Below are positions 46,265-56,801 of a DNA stretch of 64,000 bases, in pieces. The notes under the pieces are model-generated. The model was not told where the DNA came from. It made no database searches and saw only the letters and a list, made by a program, of their open reading frames with translations. Positions within the stretch are counted from its first letter, which is position 1. Each line of letters opens with the position of its first letter. A program made the position numbers and the translations under genes. This DNA comes from Trichoplax sp. H2. Taxonomy: Eukaryota. The DNA is taken from the NCBI GenBank assembly GCA_003344405.1, contig NOWV01000136.1, forward strand, positions 1-64,000. The letters are read 5' to 3'.

Positions 46265-48125
46265 GGCGGATTTCTTCTTCAAGACAAGGCGGCGTAGAAA
46301 AGTAGAAGGCTTATTGGAGGTTGTCGTCTACTAGACTATCAAAAGAGAGCCAAATAGAAATGCTGTGCTGATACTAAATACTGATCAGTGATGGCAGTAG
46401 TTTGTATAAAGATTTGGTGGGAGGATTTTAGTAGCCTAACTTTCCATTGGTCCTGCATACTCATAGCCATAAATGGATTGATTCACGCCCTGGTCATATT
46501 CCTACAACGCATCGACGCGCATAATACAGTAGACTATAGCCATAGGATTGCCATTAAAAAAATGGCGTGACATGGTTCGCAATTTTGGCATCTACTCAGA
46601 TCGTCTCTACTCCATTATCCCCTAAAATACTCTAATAAGGATGATAGAATACTATTGCAGTGTTCCTATGCCACGTAGATCCGCCATTGCATTGCTATCG
46701 ACTAGGATAGACACTATAAGGTAAAAGATTTTACTAGCGAAATCGGCCAGAAAGTCGAAATGATCAATGGCGTGATTAGTTAGTCATGTTTCAGCCATTA
46801 AAATGGTCTCTACTCCATGATATCATCCATTTAAATACTAGTCAAAATACGAATAGAAATCCATGATAGGATGGTGGAGAAATAATAACTCATTCTATAT
46901 TAAAAACGAAAGTGTTATAAACGCTTCAGAAATGGAAATCTCCCTATTAAAGTTAGATATGCGCGTGCACGATTGTCGAGAATGCATGGTGGCGCAAATG
47001 GAGTTTGATATCCAATATGAGATTAAAAAATACAGATAGATACTGATGTACGATCAATTAGAGGTCCTAGTCTGCCAGCCTTCAGCTACTGGTGTTCAAT
47101 TTTTGATTTCGAATTTAGTTATCCTATAAAGCACACAAGTTATCCACCTTTCAATATGGATGGGTTTGACTTTTCTGTGCACTAAATAAATATTAGTTGT
47201 TCGTCGTCGACACTCTACCCTGGGTACAGTTTGCATCTCTAAATTTACAAATTTTAGCTATATAGAAGCATATGTAGCATGACTAGGGTTGATGTATAGT
47301 TATTTAATATATGGTGTTTGAAAATGGAATAAAGCAGAGCAAGCAATATCGCGTGTACCAAGGACTACTCAAGAACCTATCTTCTTCCTCCTTTCTTATT
47401 TCTACATTCATGGTCATGATGTTAGAAAGAGGGAGAGAAAAGCATATTGTTAAGTAGCTTCGAAGATTAGATTAAGAAGAGCAACATAATATTAACTCGT
47501 ATTGTCCAATAATCTATTCAATTGCAAGCAGAAGGAAGTCAATAAATACATATTGCTGAGTGAGTCTTTTATCGTACATAAGTTCAAGATGAAGTTTTAC
47601 AGTAGGCTTACTCAGCTCGAGCTTGTAGTCAATAAATGGAGTGTAACTAATTATAGGCGCAACTTATCACGCAAATGGAAACTAGTAAAGTTCAATAATC
47701 ATTGCCTATACTATTTGAATCCAACTTTCTTTGCTATAGCATAATCACATCCTTCATCATGCTTAATGTGCAATTCTACTGCCTACTCTAAATGCTTCAT
47801 TAATTGAATTTAATCTATTTTACTAATAGTCAACGGTATCCTATACTTTAACTTGGGTATGATAATACTTTCTTTCAATCATGATTTAATAAACTTACAG
47901 CTTACTCATAACATACTATTGAGCAAAACATTGAAATTAAACCAGCAACATGATCTAATTAATAGTATATGCCAACAAGGTCACTGCTAAAGCAAACACG
48001 AGTCTCCATTTGCTACTAACAGGTTGTTCTTTCAATGTGACTGTAGTATGATTCCACACAGAACTCGCCATGATGGATAGTGCCACTTTCGTGCTTATGT
48101 ATATACTGGCGATATTAGTTCGTAT

Positions 48126-51100
48126 ATCAGTCTAGTAAGACGATAGTTTATCGTAGTCATTTACTATAAGCCATTTATTATCGCTAATGGTGATATTTTC
48201 CAGGATTCGTTAATACATAATATTAAATTCAACCTTCAATATCATAGCTCATAACTACAGTTTATTATACGCAAGAAAACGCGCTACCACAACAAGATCC
48301 CGAACACTACATATCGTAACTTATAGTTATTAGTCTACCAATTTATTCATATCGAAATGTGGATAGCTATTGCCATAAATACTGACGATTAATGTACTTT
48401 ACGAAATGCGCATCTTAATATTATACCTTAATGTAGGCTAGTACTTGCTATCTATGAATAATTTAATTGCTCGTAAATGATTAAATGCACGTTGCACGGT
48501 ATATTACTCTTTCAACTGTTGGTAGAATATAATAAAAGGAGCTATACTTATTTGCTCGAGCAGAGTTCAACAATGAGAGATATTTAGATGTAAGACACGA
48601 CTCTATTTCATATGATTTAATGTGATTTTAATGTGATTTTCCAAGTTTTTTATTGTGTATACTTCTATCTATCTATCTTGAGATGGAAGTAATTCAATAT
48701 TTGTATTACGATATCTAAGTGCTCCATGTGATGGAAATTCGAATAATAGAAATGGCACACAGACTTAAACGGTAAAGCTTATTCTTACTGTTATGGATTT
48801 CGACGCGACAATTAGTTTTTCCAAAACCTAACATTCTACTTATATGCGAACCTTTTTATATCTACTCTTATCTTTTCTAGCATATTATACTGTACTGTGC
48901 ATGGCGAGCTATTTAAGAATATTTGTCATCATAGCGTTATTAATTGTATTACAATACATATACTTAATACAAGACTATGCTAAGAGCCATATTAGAGCAA
49001 ATGATATTTAGTCTACTTTAACGAATTTACGGCACTCCAAATACCTCGCTATATCGGATTATAACATGATTTCCAATACAATATAAGAATCTTTTCCCTT
49101 AAGATCACCACCAATCTGAACACTTCGTCTACATTCTGTTCGAGGCAAAGCTGCAAAACAGTTCTCTAGGAAAGATTTATTGTATTAATTATTTTAATAT
49201 TGTTTCATTTTCAATTTTATCGCGATAATAACGACTATCAATTAATCCATAAATTAACGAGAATAACAGCAGATATCACCCATGTTTACTACGTCTACTG
49301 AGCTAAACTTTAATTTCGAGTTGCCGAGGAATTTATTATACTGTACGTCAAATTTCACCCACAAAAGGTATTTCTACACGAATGTTTACAACATGAACTA
49401 TGATCCTTGATTTCTTACAATGGAAAAATATTGTACCAGAAAAGCGATTTAGCTTCCAATTTTACAAAAATTTAAGAACAGTAAAATATGTTATCTGTCA
49501 GAACAAAAATAGTAGCAACTGCTGCAGTATGCATTCCATTTCTACAATATAAGGTTTGCATCAAAATTCGTAATATCTGGTGTTAGTATTGGTAGTTAAC
49601 CTTGCAAAGCTGCAAACAGATCAGCCTGGATTTGATACTCGATTAGTTTACGAATTCATTAGGGACTAAAATCAAAACATAATAGGGTACATTCTGTAGT
49701 ACTTGTTATGTACTATCATTATTATTTTCTAGCAACAAGCCTGAAGATAACTTGGTCACAATTCAAGAGATTACATGCTTGCAGTCTACCGTACCAGTGC
49801 TACAGTAGTTAACTTATTATTTGAACCTTAATCCGAAAGTCTGTTCAGTTTGTTAACAACAATCAATTTATCGAGAAGTAAGTAACTATTAGCGTTGGAT
49901 TAACTTAAAACTTAATATGATAGAGAAGATCATGGCTACTTCCTGACTTGTTTGAATAGCAACATAGTGTAAAGAACTTGGTCATAAATTCATAATTAAA
50001 GAAATTACAGACGTGCCGCCAGCTGCACCGATACTACAATAAGTAATCAATCTGTCAAGATAAGTGGAGAAAAATCGATGCTGGACTATTTTAAAAAATT
50101 ATTAATATGATAGAATGGATCAACGTTGCCCCTTACTTGTTTGAAATTCAAGACATTTAGAGACAAGTTACTGACAATTTAATCCTAAGGTCAATTTTAA
50201 GGAATCAATCCGCCAAGGCAAGTCGATGAAATTTGACCTAGGATCTGCTTAAAACTTAATATGATAGCGTAGATGATGGCTGTCTTGTTGGTTGTTTGAT
50301 TAATTAGCATAATTAGCAACATGCTCTAGAACAGCTTGCTCACAAGAGATTTTATGCCTGTTAGCCTACCTTACTAGGACTAAAGAATGGTAATGAATTG
50401 ACCCCTAATCTTGAAGTTATTTCAATTACCTAACAAATCTATCCGTCAAGGCAAGTCGATAAAAATTGACGTTGGATCAGCTTTAAACTTAATATGATGA
50501 AGTAGATAGGTGTTTTCTCTTGGCGTGAATTTAAGGGATTATGCGCCTGCATCCTAACGTATAAGGATTGATGAATTATTTAACCTCTAATCCTGAGACT
50601 GATTCTGAGACGTTAATCCCTCAAGACAAGTAGATGAAATTGGATGTTGGATCAATTTATAATTCAAGATGACAGAGTAGATCAACGTTGTCTCTTAGCT
50701 TGTTTGATTAGTGGCATGCTCACAATTGAAGAGACTTCACGCCTTCAGTCTACTTTGCTGAAGCTGCATCATGAAAATTTTCACAGGGGGTGATTACCCC
50801 ATACTTCTAATTTTGGTATAGGGTAAGCGCATCCTTCCAATTGCTCTTTTTTCTACTGAAAACTCCCCCACACAATGTAGCACAGATTTAAGAATTACGG
50901 TAATTAACGACAGGAATATTAATTTAGAACTTTTTTTAGGGGGGGGGCGCTTACTCAGTACTTTACGGTCATTAATTTATTTGACCAGCAATCTTGAAGT
51001 CGATAAAAATTGACATTAGATCCATTTCAAACTTAACACGATGGAGTCGATCGGTGTTGTCTCCTTGCTTGTTCGAATAGTTAGTAGTACACTTAGAGCT

Positions 51101-51410
51101 GAACTAATCTCATGAGATTACACGCCTGTAGTCTACCGGACCAGGGACTGATAAATTAACCTTAATGAATTCTTTAGCCCCTAATCCTGAGGTCGATTAA
51201 TGTTTATCCGACAGACAGGTAGATGAAATTGGACGTTGAATCAACTTATAACTTAACAGGATAGCGTAGATCGACATTATCTCCTTGCTTGTTCAACTAG
51301 CAACATGCTTGGAGACAACTTGCTCACAATTTAAGGTATTAGTACTATCTTAAATAACAAGACGTGGCAGATTTCTTCTTCTAAATGAAGCCGCGTAGAA
51401 AGAAGAAGGC
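48126..51410 (-). pseudogene. WDR1: Truncated, inactivated tandem duplicate of the WDR1 locus
   Basis: 48126-48372 copies 40681-40932 (3' flank), and ~48680-51410 copies ~44018-46320. The start codon is ACG (51363-51365), the exon-1 donor is GA instead of GT, the exon-2 copy has a 1-nt deletion, and exons 3 onward are missing. Confidence 0.9.
48727..49034. mobile_element. 308-bp solo-LTR-like insertion with a 5-bp target-site duplication
   Basis: Starts TG and ends CA, flanked by CTCCA at 48722-48726 and 49035-49039. The parent copy has a single CTCCA (ctaagtgCTCCAaatacc, ~44059-44063). The ends are imperfectly inverted (shared AAATTCG), and TATAAAAAGG lies on the minus strand at 48860-48851. 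Confidence 0.7.
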
Positions 51411-51422
51411 GTATTTGTGGAG

Positions 51423-51740
51423 GAATAGAGGAAAGTTAGTTAGGAGCGGGGAACAATTTTTTGTTTAGTAGTCCCTGCTCTTCTCTTTGGGAAATAGACG
51501 AAAGTTGATTAGGAGTGGGGGCAACTCTTTGTTTAGTAGTCCTTTTCCTTCTCTTTGGGGATTACGGGAAAGTTGATTAGGAGTGGGGAGGGGGAGACAA
51601 TTCTCTGTTTAGTAGTCGTTGTTCTTCTCTTTGGGAATGCGGGAGAGTTGATTAGGAGCCGGGGGACAATTTTTCGTTTAATAGTTCCCGTTCTCCTCTT
51701 TGAGGAATAGGGGACAGTTGCTTAGGAGCGTGGCGGGATA
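51423..51740. repeat. Minisatellite, ~70-nt unit, about 4.5 copies
   Basis: Unit 'gaaagttgattaggagtgggg...acaatt...gtttagtagtc...cttctctttggg' starts near 51423, 51491, 51559, 51633 and 51703. Confidence 0.88.
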
Positions 51741-52365
51741 ATTTGGATGTTTGGATCAAGAGCATTGAACAGACCCAGAATTTTTTACACTATATCATAT
51801 ACAAATAGGCGAAAACATGAGTCTATCGGCTAAATGAAGAGATAACTTTTAATGTATAAGTACGTACAATAACCACATCAGTAGTCGAATAAAGTATGAA
51901 TTTTATTAGTAGCACGCTCTCCTAGATTATATCCATAAATAGTAATCAGAATAGCAAGATAAAATGTCATAATCTAGTAGTATGCTACTGTACAATAATG
52001 GAATGTAAATCTTTACATGTGTGTAGTAAAACTGACGGGTAAGTTTCCACCAATCTGAAAACAATCGAGAACTGCCAAATTATTTTTATCGCTGATATAC
52101 TTTTCATCTAACAAGTAAATTTTTGATGCTAAGGTCTAGTACTTGTGTAACTTCTTGCTAACTATGACCATGATGCTCTCCTTCAATATTGAATGAGGAG
52201 CCCATCATCACAGTATCAAAATTAACTTTTTGACACATCGACATCACAAGGAATTACAAATGATGTCACCATATCATAAAATTTATAATAATTCTAGCCT
52301 GTTAACAAAATGAAACAGCTACAATTTAGTTGGTATAAGGTGTAGGTTAAACCGTTGAGTTGTCT

Positions 52366-52455
52366 GCAACCTTGTAGTTTCATCAATCATAGTAGCCTCT
52401 TGACATTGAATGAGTTACCTGCTATGACATCATTACAAGAACAAATAAAGGTTGC
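52366..52455 (-). promoter_or_regulatory. SECIS element in the SELENOK 3' UTR
   Basis: On the minus strand: helix I CTTGTA/TACAAG, core ATGA (52433-52430), 12-nt helix II GTCATAGCAGGT pairing with GCTACTATGAT, apical AA (52416-52415) with a CTC/GAG mini-stem, and the 3' core TGAT (52385-52382). Confidence 0.88.
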
Positions 52456-52620
52456 ATTGAGGTGCTACCAAACTTTTCAGTTTGGTATTTAGCGCTTGCC
52501 AATAGTTAAATCAGCAAGCGCTTTACCTATAAAAATGGAAAACACACCGTCAATCATGCCCATCCCAGTATCTAATGATTTCATCGATGATCAAGTAATA
52601 TCAACTTAGGATTCTCATTT

Positions 52621-55245
52621 TTACCTTCCTCATCCGCCACCGCCACCAGCCATGGGAGGACTAGCTGGACCATCTATTGGTAGGAGTAGAACACATCAAT
52701 GATTCTCACTTCGAAATTAGTTTTATAGGCGTAAAATCACTTGCAAACTAATGTAAAACATACTTTGTCCTCCTGGATTAATTCTGCCAATCTTTTTCCG
52801 AGGCGGTCCCGGCGGTGGTCTATAAATGAACGATTATTTTAACTTTAGTTCTAGAAAGTCTTTAACGGTCTAGTAGACAAGCGATTTTACAAGTATTATA
52901 TAGAAAAGTACAGTAAGTTTAAGCTCTTGCAAATGGATAGTCGAATGTGAAGCTAATTCAGTGATTTTAGTTTACATATTGAAATGGCCAAAGCATAACA
53001 CGTAAACGAGTTGTTTTAATTCTTAATATTATTAAATAGTCCATAAGGAATACAGTACAAAGTAAGTGATTCTACATTATGTTCAGTGGAAAAAGTAGAA
53101 CAAAATTAAGCTGTAGCAATGGATGATCGAATGCAATGATAATCCAGTGACTTCAATGCACTTATGAATATAGTTAAACATAACATGTCAACAGTTATTT
53201 TGATATTGTAATACTAAATAGTCTATAAGGAATAACAGTACAGTAGTAAGTCATTCCATAGTGTAGAGCAGAGGAAATTAAATGAATACAAAGTTATCGT
53301 CCAATATGAAGCTAATCCAATAATTAATTCTACTTTTGTGTCATTATCATTATAGAGCACGATGTGTCATGGCAAAGACGGACCTTTTATCTGGTCGGAA
53401 AGTCGGGGTTTCTTTCTTCTTGTCGTTATCAAGCTAATTGGAGAAGTTGTAGTAGTATTAGTAAATAATTTTTATATCTATCATTCTTTCAAATAACGAA
53501 AAAGAAAGTACATAGGCTATATCACGATAACAATGAAAGAACTTACCAGAAGCATCGACTTAATGCTGTTGTAAAATAAGATAGAATAAAAAATTTTAGA
53601 TTATTGTAATCAATAAGCCATTTCATGGCAATGATGTTATTATTCGTATTGCTGTAGTACTACAACATTACTAGGGAGAGTCTTTATGGTATGATATTAC
53701 AAACAGTAGTTGATGTTTCTATAAGTATTCAACAATTAAACTAAATAGAGCTTGTATTGCAAAAAATGAGTATTTAAGCCAAGTCTATTCTTTCCATATT
53801 ATTTCACTCTTAATACTTACAATAGCACCATGCACGCTACAAATGTTGTGAAGAAATTCTTTATAGAAGACAGCGTCCACGGGCTGTTTCCTTGAACGAG
53901 TTGACCTAAGTATATCAATAGCATCGTTAAGTCCAATGTAAAAACTTATCTAAGTATTTCTAGTTACTAAATTAGATATACACTTATGATGTAAACTCCT
54001 ACGTATGCAATATCCATGTTGTCAATGTATTCTTACGTGCATCTAATCATATGCAATAAGAATTTGCGAATGAATGATGCGAAAGTTTATATTTAAAGAC
54101 CCATCACTCATTCTACTCTACTAGTCAATGCTAAAGGAAGTAGATGAAAAAGTGCTTCTTTCCTATAGCACCGTCCAAATCATATCACCATGATAGCGAA
54201 TCGATAGCGAGATGAAACTCAACCTACTCATTTCTAGCTATAATTCTGTTTCTCATGTCTATCAAATATGTTACTCCTGTACAAATGGATTTTATACGAT
54301 CATTATGGTTATCATTATTGCTATCCTTGTCGGGAAGATTTACGCGTATACTGTTTATCCATCCACAGGCCATTTCTGTTATGTGTGACCTGACTAGAGC
54401 GCTGAATCAGTAGTCTAGTATAAGATTGACTTTGTGCTTATTCTCCTATTAAGTTGAGTTATTATTTCAATGGATGGAAGAAACGGCTATGGTACCCAAT
54501 TGAATCAGACTTGGTGTTTTTAATATTGCTAAAGCAAATGGTTTGGTCATTGGATATTACATGATATTTTTTAGCGTTGATTCTACGACAAAAATGTTGG
54601 ATTCTATTCATAAATTATCCTATGTATACATATATATACACACAAGTGGAGAGAATGATCATCTCGTAAAGGAAAAATGTGATGAAAGCCTATACAGATT
54701 ACTAGTAGTGCACTTTACAGTAAGTTGGTGATTATTCTTTTCGCTACGACTATACAGATAGAATCGCAAGTGAGATATTTTCTAATGCATTCAGTGTAGA
54801 TTCGCAGCAATATACTCGTCAAAATAATATTGAATTGATGTAGAATTTCAAGTCGATTCTCTGCTCATGATCTCATGATGAAATTTCCATACAACACATA
54901 CAGGAAGAAGAATCCATAGTCCAGTATCAAGCCCATTATCCTACACGTCTACACTAGTGGAGAAAATAATCATCTACTAGATGGAATTGATACCAATTTG
55001 AAGTCGACATTCTTCTGATGATCAAGTTTCCTTACATCCTTTCCATGTCAACACACAAGATGAAGAGTAACTGTATACCAAGACTACGTGTATTCTTCTT
55101 AATAATAGTCATGACTGTATAACGTCGAACTGGCGAAGAAACGGCTAACAAAAGATTTTACATTTTGTGAAGTTGGATGGGTATTTTTCTTGCTCCAATG
55201 CATCACACTGACAGCTATCTTACCATTTTTGTCAATGTAAACCAT
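52621..55245 (-). CDS. SELENOK: Selenoprotein K, six coding exons, 94 aa with Sec encoded by TGA at 52630-52632
   Basis: Exons 55224-55245, 53821-53905, 53547-53565, 53384-53433, 52764-52819 and 52621-52673 (285 nt, all GT-AG, phases consistent) give MVYIDKNGQLVQGNSPWTLSSIKNFFTTFVACMVLFIKSMLLLDNDKKKETPTFRPDKRPPPGPPRKKIGRINPGGQNGPASPPMAGGGGG-U-GR*. This matches the SelK pattern (MVYI..G, SPW, TM segment, RINx..GP..PPMAGG-U-GR). Confidence 0.93.
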
Positions 55246-56801
55246 GATGAGCCAAGGCTACGTCCAAGCTCTGTTAAAGTCCTACAACAGAAAACAGTGA
55301 TGATTCTATTAATTAACCCAACAAGTGCCTCTTCTCATCTATGCCATCAACACGCCGCCACTACACGATAGTATTCTGCTTAGTCATAACCGATGATGGC
55401 AATGGATCTTACCCAAAATCTTCAAGGAAAAGGTCAAGATTTCTTAGTTTAATGTCTACTTTTTGGTCTTTCCAACAACCTTTTTTTACCTGGTAGAGAC
55501 GATGATGAGTTAATGGAGTTGATTCTAGACTCTCAACGCCTCCATCTTGATGACGATTTCAATGATGAACAGTGTTGACGTCACTAACCTAGTCCTCGAG
55601 TAGTAGCATGAGTACAGTGTCCAATACATCAGTTCGTGTGTAATATTGTTACTTTAAAAGTGTTGTCGAAATGGATTTCACTAAGGGGAAACCAGCATTA
55701 CTAAGCAAAACAAATGGTTGATACTCTCGTCAGTATCAAAAGATGATCCAGTCTGCTATACTAAAGCGTACAAAGCGCACTCCTGTACTGTACCATAGAC
55801 TACGATTGTTCCACTAGTCCACTCTGTCTGGTCGTCTGATATCCGGTCCATCGGGCAATGGACAATTGGACAATTGGACATGCTGAGAATTGCTGATTTT
55901 GGCACAGCCATTCATTAATATGTTCATTAATCATCTGTATTTGTAGTCCAAAGAGTTGGTAAATTGTACAACAGTGTGCCACAGGCTACTCAAGGTTGTT
56001 CCTCTTGTAGTAGGACTTGGTACTATGCTCAAGTAGAGTAGGAAGCATCGCCATTTTGCAACACTATACAGAAGACTACTTTCACCAGTATTGAATCAAC
56101 ACAAGCGATTTGTACAGTACTAGACTGGTCGAGAGCTCGTCCATAATAATCACTATACTAGAAGAAGAAGACTTGGACACCCTCCGACAGACGGACTTCC
56201 CTTGCTTGTCGAAAAATGGCTACTTAGTATGGTTCTTTTGTGTCTGTTTCCTAAATCACTGGTACTAATTTCAAGAACATCGACACATCTTATAGAACTG
56301 CTTCCAAGCGTAGCTTAATAACCGATAATATGATTTAACGTAATATAACTTTATTTAGAATAAATCAGTCCGTTCAAAATCCACCATCTCCATACTTAAG
56401 TACTGCCATCATGATGGGTTTGGCACAATAGTTGAATAAGATGAGATCGATCATGTCTGTCCGTCCAAGCGGGAGTCTATCCTGGACAAGCATATTTGTA
56501 AACAAGTCAGTGAGAGGCAATGCGTTATAGTAGGATGCAATACAGTTCTACAATTCTATACAGAACAGTACTGTTACGAGTATTGAATCGACACCACATT
56601 AAGTGGTCAGAAGCTCCACCAGCTTAAACGAATGCAAGACGGGAAGAAGCTCTTGGAGATGAGGTAAAATTAATATTGGTAAGAGCTACAACATTAATTC
56701 TTAACCGTGCTAGTCTGCAAATAGTGCAAGAAAATTCATTCCACTTCAATGATAGACAATTGATGTGCAGTATAGGAATTTGAATACTTTGATCGGATAG
56801 A

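Noticed and set aside
51423-51740. Regularly spaced repeats as a CRISPR-like array
   Set aside because: The whole unit is repeated with no unique spacers, there are no cas genes, and the context is eukaryotic.
53960-54020. Alternative SELENOK first exon (MDIAYVGVYII)
   Set aside because: Weak donor. The exon at 55224-55245 (MVYIDKNG, GTAAGA donor) fits the family N-terminus and phase much better.
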